From assembly GCA_038888155.1 (NCBI GenBank), contig JAWAJB010000013.1:1-19801 (forward strand): a stretch of 19,801 nucleotides of DNA, in the 5' to 3' direction. The first letter of the stretch is position 1. Every line of letters begins with the position of its first letter. The notes under the pieces are model-generated. The model was not told the DNA's origin. It worked only from the letters and a program-made list of their open reading frames with translations, and did not search any database. This document shows, in pieces, positions 1 through 8,404 of this stretch. The translations under genes were made by a program, and so were the position numbers. Source of the stretch: Desulfurococcaceae archaeon (GTDB taxonomy: Archaea; Thermoproteota; Thermoprotei_A; Sulfolobales; Desulfurococcaceae).

Positions 1-228
1 GCATTATTTATGGCGAATTCCGGAGGATTATGGGATAATGCAAAGAAATACATAGAATCTGGTATTTATGGTGGTAAGGGATCTGAAGCTCATAAAGCAG
101 CTGTAATAGGAGATACTGTTGGCGATCCATTCAAGGATACTGCAGGTCCATCATTAAATACTATGATAACAGTAATGTCACTAGTGGCTGAAGTATTCGC
201 ACCATTACTCATCCTATTAACAACATAA
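1..228 (+). CDS. hppA: Membrane-bound H+/Na+-translocating pyrophosphatase, C-terminal fragment (runs off the window start)
   Basis: Frame open from base 1; signature [16 protein letters not shown]...[27 protein letters not shown] followed by a terminal TM helix. Confidence 0.97.
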   Translation, partial: ALFMANSGGLWDNAKKYIESGIYGGKGSEAHKAAVIGDTVGDPFKDTAGPSLNTMITVMSLVAEVFAPLLILLTT

Positions 229-335
229 ATCTTAAAACCCAGTATTCTTAACAATCAATTTTATCATTATCTATTGTAATTCAAGCACAACCCTTTTAAA
301 TTAATAATCCTCATATAATCCTACAGTGATTCATA

Positions 336-479
336 TTGGTAGAGGCATATTGTGTGAAATGTAAAGCGAAGAGAACGATAGTTGACACAGAACAAGTGAC
401 TTTGAAAAATGGTAGACCTGCTATTCGTGGAAAATGCTCAGTATGTGGAACAACACTATATAGAATAGGGAAGTTATAA
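336..479 (+). CDS. DUF5679-family small Zn-ribbon protein (47 aa; missing from the ORF track)
   Basis: Manual translation from TTG336: MVEAYCVKCKAKRTIVDTEQVTLKNGRPAIRGKCSVCGTTLYRIGKL*; typical YCVKC...KNGR...GxCxxCGT pattern; AGTGAT SD-like motif and TTTTAAA upstream. Confidence 0.9.
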   Translation: MVEAYCVKCKAKRTIVDTEQVTLKNGRPAIRGKCSVCGTTLYRIGKL

Positions 480-499
480 GTGAATTAAACAAATCAAAT

Positions 500-540
500 A
501 ATTTTTTTAACGTTTTTATAAACAGTTAACTTTATTTTCC
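500..540 (+). terminator. T-rich archaeal-type terminator after the DUF5679 gene
   Basis: T7, T5 and T3/T4 tracts 20-60 nt after the stop codon. Confidence 0.4.
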
Positions 541-1159
541 TCAAGGGAATTCTTATTAAAAAATGTATAGATTTTCGTTATATTTTTTATAGCAGAACCA
601 CCACCAATTTAGTTAGTATTTTAGGCTTTTAATAAAACAAATTTACTAATTTCCAATGAGAAAAGTAAATTCTATAGTGTTCAATGTGTCTAGATTATGT
701 AGATTATTTGGTTTTATGATTTTAATATTGAGTGTTCTTGGATTGTTTGGATCACTTTACTTCTTTGGGCTTATTGATAACTTCTTTACCTCCTCCTGTA
801 TCTCAACCTCACATATGAAAACTATTTCTAATTCACGATTGTAACATCCAAGGACATCCCAAATGCCTTCGTCCTTAACTTTACAAGGCTCTAAACAGAT
901 CTTCTCTAACTTCGGAACGTACTTTGAGGCCGGAATTTCACAAAGATTTGAAACCAGCATGGCGATCCCAAAATAGTATATGGGGAAAAGGTTTAACAGT
1001 TTAGCTCCTAGAACGAGAGAAGAGTGGATGGATCGACGCTAAACAAAGTCAATGCATTCTTATCGGACGACAGGATTGGGGAGATGTTTTCCTTTGAGAA
1101 GTCCTCTTTCAACCTCAAGGAAATAATGGACAATGGGAAGATTTTAAGATTAAGCTTGT

Positions 1160-1445
1160 AGAGGAAAACTTAAGGAGAATGGAGAGGTTTTGAGGATCGA
1201 GATTGAACATTGCTCTCTGAAAGAGTAGATAGAGAAGAACATGAGAAAAAACTTAAAGTATCTGATACGCTTTATATAATGGCCAGCGACGAGATAGTCA
1301 AAAAGAAAGCTATCTGATCGCGTTAAAGACATTGTTCAGGCTTAGGAAAGAGAAAACTGATAAGAAACCTAAAGTAAGAATAGTGAGCATTGACGAACTG
1401 AGGAGAGAAGGATGGGATAAATGGTTAGAAATAGAGATGAATTGA
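1160..1445 (+). pseudogene. Degraded C-terminal PD-(D/E)XK-like domain, possibly from a mobile-element ATPase/nuclease gene
   Basis: Stitched across a stop and frameshifts: ENGEVLRIEIEHCSLKE*IEKNMRKNLK / SDTLYIMASDEIVKKKAI / ALKTLFRLRKEKTDKKPKVRIVSIDELRREGWDKWLEIEMN*; IEIE strand, helix, then a hydrophobic strand. Confidence 0.35.
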
Positions 1446-1481
1446 ATAATGTGAAAAATCAAGTTAAAATGAGGAGAGTCT

Positions 1482-1786
1482 ATGATTCTCAAAGGGGCGA
1501 ATAAGAGTGAAATTAAACTATTAGAATCAGATTTGCCAGTAGATATTTTGAGTCGAGATGCGCCAATGAAATGAGTTTTAAGCCAAAACCCTCCTATTAT
1601 GCTAGATGTAAAGAGCTAGGTACTAAAGCCCCTAAAAACTTTTATGATCCAAAAATTCGCAGCATACATCCCTGGTTAGCTAGGAGGTCGCGTTCGATTG
1701 CTAGGGCTCTCAATTTAGCTTCTCTGCTTTCCACAAGTTTTGCTGATAAATTCCTTGCTTTAATAGGTTTTACTCATGATGAGGTA
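1482..1786 (+). pseudogene. N-terminal fragment of a DUF1156/COG1743 adenine-specific DNA methylase
   Basis: GAGGAG SD then ATG1482 MILKGANKSEIKLLESDLPVDILSRDA; frameshift near 1561 into NEMSFKPKP...IHPWLARRSRSIARALNLASLL (DUF1156 HxWxARR..xRA..LASL motif); truncated at ~1786. Confidence 0.8.
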
Positions 1787-2009
1787 AAAGTCTGTATAAT
1801 GCCTTGCTAATACGCTTCTTGGAACTCTTCCGCAGAATGCATCAACATAGCGATCTGGAACTCCTAATCTTCCCATCTCGCAGGCAAACTACTCCCTTAA
1901 GACTTATGGAGTTATATTTAAGCCGGTTTTAAGTTTTGTCTCAAGGAGTAACTTGTTCTTTTCATCGGTTCTCATTGGAAACAGTTTTTCGCTGTTTTTA
2001 TAGCGCTTT
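1787..2009 (-). pseudogene. SSV1-type tyrosine integrase, C-terminal catalytic fragment
   Basis: Minus-strand translation KLFPMRTDEKNKLLLETKLKTGLNITP*VLRE*FACEMGRLGVPDRYVDAFCGRVPRSVLARHYTDF; box II Arg and catalytic Tyr (RHY) present; in-frame stops at 1904-1906 and 1889-1891. Confidence 0.88.
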
Positions 2010-2117
2010 TAATTATGTGGAACTGTTTTTGTTTAATCCACCTCCACAGCATTTTAGGCTTTAGGTAGAAGGTTAAACTATCTCGTGAACTCGGTAGGTA
2101 TTTCGAAAACTGGCTGT

Positions 2118-2804
2118 TTAACAGTCCTCAATGGGATTTGGAAGGTTTTCCTTCCTTGTGAACTTCATGTAGTTGAACTCGTCAAGCAGCTTAGTTAGTG
2201 TTTTCTTCGCGTCCGAGTAAGCTTCATGGCATAATTCCTCTGGCGATCCACCATATGTTTCAATAACCCTTCTAAGAATTCGCTGCATTTCACGCATAAA
2301 CCTGAGATAACCTATTTCATTACCAGCATAGCCGTATCCGCTTCTAATATTCTCATCCCACATCATGAAAAGTTCAGGGATAACACCATGCATAATTTTG
2401 GAGGCTGATGTGGATCCAACACCTTTAACTTCAGAAAGCCTCTTATAAATTTCCTTTATGACATCTGAAATCTTCATTTCCTGCCCGTCAACATTTACTT
2501 TTTCATCAAAATTGAGGCTTAGCAGGCTCTTGTCACGGAGCGCATCAAAGTATTTATTAAGTTCCTTTAAAGCTCCTCCGAGCGAATTAGGAGCGATCCT
2601 GTTAACGTTTCTAATATTCCAGGCCTTAAGAAACCCAATTATAGTATCTTTTGTTTGGTCTTCATCGATTTGACTAAGATTTTCCCAAACTTGTCTGCGA
2701 TCTAAAACATACTTCTCGTAAGCTTGGCAGAACTTCATCTGAAGTTTCTTGAACAATTCAACCCCTTCTAATAGCGTCCGATAATCCAAGCCCATGCACA
2801 TCAC
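2118..2804 (-). CDS. Helix-hairpin-helix protein, putative DNA glycosylase-like (DUF6308/HhH-GPD-like); start may be ATG2795
   Basis: LSEVKGVGSTSASKIMHGVIPELFMMWDENIR = HhH hairpin plus Lys, with downstream P..F..WD; C-terminal TLTKLLDEFNY motif. Confidence 0.65.
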   Translation of the reverse strand: MMCMGLDYRTLLEGVELFKKLQMKFCQAYEKYVLDRRQVWENLSQIDEDQTKDTIIGFLKAWNIRNVNRIAPNSLGGALKELNKYFDALRDKSLLSLNFDEKVNVDGQEMKISDVIKEIYKRLSEVKGVGSTSASKIMHGVIPELFMMWDENIRSGYGYAGNEIGYLRFMREMQRILRRVIETYGGSPEELCHEAYSDAKKTLTKLLDEFNYMKFTRKENLPNPIEDC

Positions 2805-2887
2805 TAAGAAAATTTAATTAATCTTTTTAATTAATTTATCACTAACACGAACACTTATCACGTAGAAGGTAATTCTTCAAGCAGCAT

Positions 2888-3115
2888 TTGTGTAGAGTTT
2901 ACTTTGAAGTAATAGCTAGATTGGTGGGCCACGATATAGCTTGGAGGGTTGGTGAGTCCGTTAGGGCCGTTGGTCCGCTAATAATTATTTTCATGGAAAT
3001 CTTTGGCTCGCTAATTATTATTGGAGCGATAATAATCGTCCACTTCCACTATCATTACGAAATAAAGCGAGATTTTATTCGGTTAATTCCTGGAAAAATA
3101 ATGCCAGAAATGTGA
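2888..3115 (+). CDS. Small hydrophobic hypothetical protein or gene remnant
   Basis: 75-aa ORF with one long hydrophobic segment (GPLIIIFMEIFGSLIIIGAIIIV); no recognised family. Confidence 0.3.
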   Translation: MCRVYFEVIARLVGHDIAWRVGESVRAVGPLIIIFMEIFGSLIIIGAIIIVHFHYHYEIKRDFIRLIPGKIMPEM

Positions 3116-3188
3116 CGCAATAAATGGTTTTTAGAGAAGGGAAGGCTGCGGATAGCTTTATCTCTCTATAAGTGGGGTATTTTTATAT

Positions 3189-3375
3189 ATGGTGCGCTTG
3201 AATTCATGGCATTATAGATTCTACCGCAGGCATATCAGGACCGCCGCCGAGTGCCCACATTATGGACGTGGGCTCACCGAGGGCATATATAGAAGGCGGA
3301 ATATGCCCCTCATGCAAAAGGCCGCTGAGACGAGAAAATGTGCCTACTAACGGAAAAATAAATGGGCCAGCATAA
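3189..3375 (+). pseudogene. Frameshifted small Zn-ribbon protein
   Basis: ATG3189 MVRLNSWHYRFYRRHIRTAAECPHYGRGLT (degenerate CPxC), then in another frame AYIEGGICPSCKRPLRRENV...*; TTTAT upstream at ~3157. Confidence 0.35.
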
Positions 3376-3491
3376 TAGCTGGCTCTAAAGTTAAGGCTGC
3401 AGCTGCGCATTACACTCCAATTTCCTAGGATTTACAGAGGAAAATTGTTCCTCAAGCACGGCTTTTCATTGGCTTATGGGATGTACCGTTT

Positions 3492-3575
3492 TCATAGCCC
3501 TAACGACTGGTTATCGCAGAGCTCCTTAACGATGACCGTCTTCAAGGTCACGCTTACGTAACCGTTTGGACGCAA
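3492..3575 (-). pseudogene. Ribbon-helix-helix-like N-terminal remnant
   Basis: GTGAAGGG SD-like motif then TTG: MRPNGYVSVTLKTVIVKELCD...; alternating beta-ribbon pattern followed by a helix; early stop. Confidence 0.25.
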
Positions 3576-3763
3576 AACCCTTCACTTTAATAAGCTCTCT
3601 TTAAGCAGCTCGTCCTATTCAAAAATTGCCTTGCTTAAATTTTAATCAAGACAAAGTGGGACCTTGTCCTCTTATAGCTGCTTTGACCGCTAAATATCAG
3701 TGTTTTGCACGGGACTTTGAATGTGCTCTCATAAATCGGTAAGAAAAATATGCCCTAAAACTT

Positions 3764-3779
3764 GATAAGATTTTTAAAA
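3764..3779 (+). promoter_or_regulatory. Putative BRE/TATA promoter of the EVE-MTase unit
   Basis: GATAAGA-TTTTTAAAA about 45 nt upstream of the TTG3824 start, with a GGTGA SD at 3812-3816. Confidence 0.5.
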
Positions 3780-3823
3780 TCGGCCGTATTAAATGATTTT
3801 TGGAAGTGTTTGGTGACCTAAAC

Positions 3824-4261
3824 TTGGTTAATTATTGGTTTTGTGTAACTAATGAGGATAACTGGAATATTATTAAGTCGAAGCATGTTTGGGGCGTTCC
3901 TAAAAGGGGTAGGCGTTATGTTTTAGATGTTAAGATCGGCGATTTTTTGGTCTTTTATATTATTCCAAAAAAGATCGGCGGTATTTTTAGGGCTGTTTCA
4001 GAACCATTTGAAAGTGAGGAAAGAATCTTTAGCTGGATTGATTATGGTAAAGACGAGGTTTTTCCATTTCGCGTTAAAATTGAACCGTTTCTTGTCCCCG
4101 AGAAGGCATTGCCTTTTGATCGGCTTATTGAGAAATTGAGTTTTACTAAGGGACTTAAGCGATGGAGCATTAAGCTGCGTAGGGCTATGTTCAAAATTTC
4201 TGAGGAAGACTTCAACACAATTAAAAACCTATGTAAGTGGTTGAGGACTTATAATGTTTAA
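3824..4261 (+). CDS. EVE-domain protein (UPF0310-like, PUA-superfamily modified-base reader)
   Basis: NYWFCVTNEDNW...VWGV...VKIGDFLVFY...IGGIF..VSEPF...FPFRVKIEP; start moved to TTG3824 behind the GGTGA SD. Confidence 0.92.
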   Translation: MVNYWFCVTNEDNWNIIKSKHVWGVPKRGRRYVLDVKIGDFLVFYIIPKKIGGIFRAVSEPFESEERIFSWIDYGKDEVFPFRVKIEPFLVPEKALPFDRLIEKLSFTKGLKRWSIKLRRAMFKISEEDFNTIKNLCKWLRTYNV

Positions 4262-4349
4262 TTGTATGACTGCTGTTAGTGTGCTTTTTAAGAGATTAAT
4301 GAAAGAAGGAGATAAATTGCAATTATTGTGGTTTTAAGGTCGAAGTAGA

Positions 4350-5777
4350 ATGATTAATCCTCATCTTATTATTAAATTTTGGTCTCGAAAAAACCTAGAT
4401 TTATTTTTGGGAGAGATAAATGAATCAGATGTAATATGCGATCCATTTTGCGGATCTGGTTCTTCGGGTTTTAGTGCCGTTCTTAAGAATTCCTCCGCCT
4501 TTCTCTCAGATATAAACCCGGTTTCAATTTTCATATCTTACAACTTACTAAACAAGGAAAAGTTGGATGCAGAGATAATCAAAGAAGCTGAGAATTTATG
4601 TTTTGAGATTGAAAAAGAGATATATACTATTGATAGTTCGAAAATTGTGAATTTTGCTGTATGGAAAACTAATTACAAATGTCCATTCTGCGGCTCACAA
4701 ATTACCTCTATAAGAAGTAGTAAAGTTCGCTGTAGTGTATGCAATAGAAGAAGCGAAGTTAATGCGTTAATTGTTGATGAGAAGGTAATATCCTTGAGAT
4801 TCTTAACGGGAGAGGAGATAAGTGATGAAGAAAAATTAATTAAAAGATATCTTGAAATTGAAAATTGTTTAAGTTTAGAATGGCATCCCAAGGGAGAATT
4901 TATCTATCCAGGTACAAAAATTAAGTTCAAAGATGGACCACACAAGTCTATAAAAATTGAAGACTTGTTTACAAAACGAAATCTCTATGCGGCATCAAAA
5001 ATCTATTCATTTGTTGAGAAAGTATGGAAGGAGAATAAAGTTCAGGGAGACTTTTTGAAGATGTCTTTTATTGCTTCTCTGGCTAGCGCAACTAAAATGT
5101 TGCCCCACTCAAGGAGTAGTGGTCCTTCTTGGAAAGTACCCAGGTACTGGATCCCACCATTAAGGGAAGAAAGAAACTTCTGTAGGGCTTTTATAAGAAG
5201 AGTTAAGCTCTTGGCTGACTTTAAAACAAGGTGGTTACCCATTTCGTCAAATTATGATATTACGGTATCTTTTGAAGGGGAAATTTTCCATAGTTCCGAA
5301 AAATTTATCCATATATATAGAAGTAATGCTCTTGCAGCATCTCAAAGCATTCCAAAGGTGCATTTGGTAATACTTGATCCACCGCACTATGATGAGATTA
5401 ACTATTTTGAGATGACGTATCTTTGGCAGAAATGGTTGGAAGGAAGCTGTCAGGACAAGCGATTTAGAGATTATAGCTATTGGGAGAGTGAAATATGTGT
5501 TAGTGAAAAAGTTGGTAAAGACTTAAACTGGTACAGTTATCAGCTTCATAACGTTATTCATTCTTACATGAATTGCTTAAAGGAAAACGGTAGAATGCTG
5601 ATTATATTGCATAATAAGGATAGAAGCTTATTGAATGCTACGATTAAGGAGATTACAAGTGACCTCAAAGGAAATGTTAAAGTCGAAATTGAGTATAAAT
5701 ATCCAAGGATTCCTTCATCTACTCAAGGGCTTCATGGGCATAGGAAGTACTTATGTCTCATTAAAATAAAACGTTAG
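4350..5777 (+). CDS. Amino (N6A/N4C) DNA methyltransferase with internal Zn finger, COG1743-like
   Basis: N-terminal H..KFWSRK; motif I VICDPFCGSG; DINP; CPFC...CSVC; LFTKRNL; motif IV variant ILDPPHYDEINYFE. Confidence 0.88.
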   Translation: MINPHLIIKFWSRKNLDLFLGEINESDVICDPFCGSGSSGFSAVLKNSSAFLSDINPVSIFISYNLLNKEKLDAEIIKEAENLCFEIEKEIYTIDSSKIVNFAVWKTNYKCPFCGSQITSIRSSKVRCSVCNRRSEVNALIVDEKVISLRFLTGEEISDEEKLIKRYLEIENCLSLEWHPKGEFIYPGTKIKFKDGPHKSIKIEDLFTKRNLYAASKIYSFVEKVWKENKVQGDFLKMSFIASLASATKMLPHSRSSGPSWKVPRYWIPPLREERNFCRAFIRRVKLLADFKTRWLPISSNYDITVSFEGEIFHSSEKFIHIYRSNALAASQSIPKVHLVILDPPHYDEINYFEMTYLWQKWLEGSCQDKRFRDYSYWESEICVSEKVGKDLNWYSYQLHNVIHSYMNCLKENGRMLIILHNKDRSLLNATIKEITSDLKGNVKVEIEYKYPRIPSSTQGLHGHRKYLCLIKIKR

Positions 5778-8404
5778 AAATTATAAGATAGAATATCAGC
5801 GAACTTTTCCCACATTTTCTCAAATTCTTCCTTTTCTGATTTAACTGCTTCTTGACTCAGCTTAATCTCCGCTCTCTCTAAATTTCCATGAAATGCGCTT
5901 TCAGTTAAATTAAATGATCCTGTAATGACGATGTTATCTATAATATATGTTTTATCATGAACCAACCTTATTCCTGAGATATCTCCGGTCTTGACCAATA
6001 AATTGTTGCTTACGTTGTCCTTTAGTATTCTAAGCGTTTCTCTCTGAAATTCATATTCTTTGTCTTCTTTCCTTGGCATCCAGGTTATGACTCTAATCTT
6101 TACTCCTTTAGAAGATAACTCGATTAATCTCCTAGCGTAAGATGGGGAAATATAGGGACAGACGATATCTAAGTTTTTCTTTACATTAAACAGTATTGGC
6201 TCCACATATTCTCCTAAATTGTTTGATCTTATGGTTAATCCGCGCAATATTATATCCCTTAGCTTTTCCGCGAACTCATAAAGCAATGTTCTACTAGTGG
6301 TTAGTATTTGCTGAACCCCCTCCCCGCAATACCTTTCTAGTCTGACACATCCGTTACATCCATCTAAACACAGTTTAAATTCGTATCTTTCAAGTATATC
6401 GTCAAAAAAGTCGCCTATTTCCTCTACATCACTCTCAGCTAGCATGTCTCCTGCCAAAAGTACTGTTCTGGCGAGGGTTATGTCTAAGTCTATTCCTAAC
6501 CGATCTAATGCTTTCCTAAATTCCTCAATTTTCTTGCATATATTTCGAATCTTATTTGCTTTATTCTGCTCTTCTGGAGATCCTCTTTCTAACCTTTCAA
6601 TAGTTCTCGTTATTGTTTCACCAGCTTCCTTTTTCCTTAAGACGACTAGCCTATCAAAATTGTTAGCATGATTGTTAAGATACTGATATAACCAATTAGA
6701 AAAGTCATATATGAAGTTGTGTAATCCTTTCTCTTTAATTGCTCTAGAAATTGTGTCAACAATGCCTATTTTACCATTTTTAGCATTCTCGGCAAGCACT
6801 ATCCTATCGCTTTTATATCTATAGTAATACTTAGTTAGGATAAAGTTCATATCGACACCCGCAAATTTTTCTAAGATATACTGTGTTAGCATGTGTTCCA
6901 GAGAGTGTATGAGAGTTCTTCTAGCAAAGTCTACTAACTCGTTATTGCTGAAATTGGTAAAATGTCCCATATATTCTTCATATATTCTGCCTTCTTGACT
7001 TATCAGTTCTTTGACAGTTTTACTAAGTCCTTTATAATCTAGAGTCTTGCCTAATGCTTTACTTAAAATGAACTTCACAATTATGCTTTTTCTTATAGAT
7101 TCTTTTTTGAGGGCTTCTAAAATGATATTATTTAATAATTCTCGGTTAAACTCAAATTCCATAACTGATGTAGGAATAGTGTAACCTATTTCTGAATCAA
7201 AGAATATCCTTATTGTTGGTCTCGCATTTATAAACCATGTGCCTATTTCAACGGCGTACCATCTTGATTCAACTCTTTTCATATCATAAGCCGTAAAACG
7301 CATAAGGGATAATGGAAATTCATCTTCATATGTTATTATGCCGCCTCTTCCTACCTTTAGTCTCCTTAGAGGGTAAGATTTTGGATAGAATCTTCTTTTA
7401 TAGTATTTTCCGCTCCAAAATAATCTTCCATCGCATACTCCTCCACGTTTTTGGCTTAACCTACACTTATCTGTAAATGGGCATTTCGCGTCAAATGGGT
7501 CTGTTGATAAACCAAGCCCCTTATAGCAGAAGTATGGGTAATCTAACCTTAACTTCCATGACGCCAAAATATGCCCTATGCTCTTCGGCAAAATGTTTAC
7601 CTTCTCATTCAGAAACTGGATAAATTTCTCCTTCGTTTTGAATAAAGCTGCCTCTTTTTCTATTTGAGAACTACCGAATTTTATAAAAAACTGATACCTC
7701 CCACCAACTTCTAGAGTTATGCTTCTCATAGACAAGTCTATCAATTCTATGGTTTTGGGAACGACTAAATCTCCTTCGAAAGTATATTTTCCTTTAATCA
7801 GTATAGACTTTTTCCCTCCAACCGTTTTTCTTAAAATCTCATCCCAAGAGTCCCAGGAAACTTCCTTTGGTTTTATGAGCCAAAGGAACCTAGAACCTAA
7901 TATGTCCGTCATTTCTTTATCGATGTCTTTCTCATAGACGCATTTCGTTAGCTCAAATGGAGGAGCTCTATACATGAAGTTTGTTATAGATACTTCCGAG
8001 AGAGTTTGTTCGCCTTCATCTAAGCGAATGTTCTCGTATTTTATTTCATCAATTTTATGATCTATCGATTCTATTCCTAGTCCCCTAAATCCTGCTATTG
8101 ACTCAGCTACTAATTTTCCCGAACCCGCAAGTGCGGGTATTTCGGGTAATGATAATAAATATATCAACTCTTCAGGGGAATCTCTAAATTTCTCTGAGAG
8201 CTCAACAAACTTGAGTAGTTTCACTTTACCCTTTTCGATTTTATCTAACGCGTCTAATATACTAATTTCTATTGTGCCGATACTCTTCGCCTTATTTAAA
8301 AGTCTTTTTTCGTAAAACTCCTCCTTCTTTAAGCGAATCTTTTGATAAAGTTTGTTCAGTGTTGCTTCAAGATCTTCGGTCATTTTTATCCTTTCTGCAT
8401 TCAT
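5774..8404 (-). CDS. DUF1998/MZB (DrmB-like) protein fused to a C-terminal PLD-family nuclease (DrmC-like)
   Basis: HSLEHML, E..KNGKIG and CLDGCNGCVRLERYC are DUF1998-type motifs; C-terminal CPYIS...GVKIRVIT...HDKTYIID..VITGSFNLT is an intact HxK(x4)D...GSxN PLD site; ATG8404 overlaps the helicase stop (ATGA). Confidence 0.85.
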   Translation of the reverse strand: MNAERIKMTEDLEATLNKLYQKIRLKKEEFYEKRLLNKAKSIGTIEISILDALDKIEKGKVKLLKFVELSEKFRDSPEELIYLLSLPEIPALAGSGKLVAESIAGFRGLGIESIDHKIDEIKYENIRLDEGEQTLSEVSITNFMYRAPPFELTKCVYEKDIDKEMTDILGSRFLWLIKPKEVSWDSWDEILRKTVGGKKSILIKGKYTFEGDLVVPKTIELIDLSMRSITLEVGGRYQFFIKFGSSQIEKEAALFKTKEKFIQFLNEKVNILPKSIGHILASWKLRLDYPYFCYKGLGLSTDPFDAKCPFTDKCRLSQKRGGVCDGRLFWSGKYYKRRFYPKSYPLRRLKVGRGGIITYEDEFPLSLMRFTAYDMKRVESRWYAVEIGTWFINARPTIRIFFDSEIGYTIPTSVMEFEFNRELLNNIILEALKKESIRKSIIVKFILSKALGKTLDYKGLSKTVKELISQEGRIYEEYMGHFTNFSNNELVDFARRTLIHSLEHMLTQYILEKFAGVDMNFILTKYYYRYKSDRIVLAENAKNGKIGIVDTISRAIKEKGLHNFIYDFSNWLYQYLNNHANNFDRLVVLRKKEAGETITRTIERLERGSPEEQNKANKIRNICKKIEEFRKALDRLGIDLDITLARTVLLAGDMLAESDVEEIGDFFDDILERYEFKLCLDGCNGCVRLERYCGEGVQQILTTSRTLLYEFAEKLRDIILRGLTIRSNNLGEYVEPILFNVKKNLDIVCPYISPSYARRLIELSSKGVKIRVITWMPRKEDKEYEFQRETLRILKDNVSNNLLVKTGDISGIRLVHDKTYIIDNIVITGSFNLTESAFHGNLERAEIKLSQEAVKSEKEEFEKMWEKFADILSYNF

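Noticed and set aside
480-1100. Search for a left att copy of the tRNA-Phe 3' end (for example GATTTGAAACC near 945)
   Set aside because: Only a short imperfect match, compatible with chance; the left boundary remains undefined.
656-1492. Short ORFs 656..844, 757..960, 1150..1332 and 1310..1492
   Set aside because: No motifs; they overlap each other or lie antisense to degraded + strand remnants.
3204-3410. 68-aa minus-strand ORF
   Set aside because: The opposite strand gives a more convincing frameshifted Zn-ribbon remnant.
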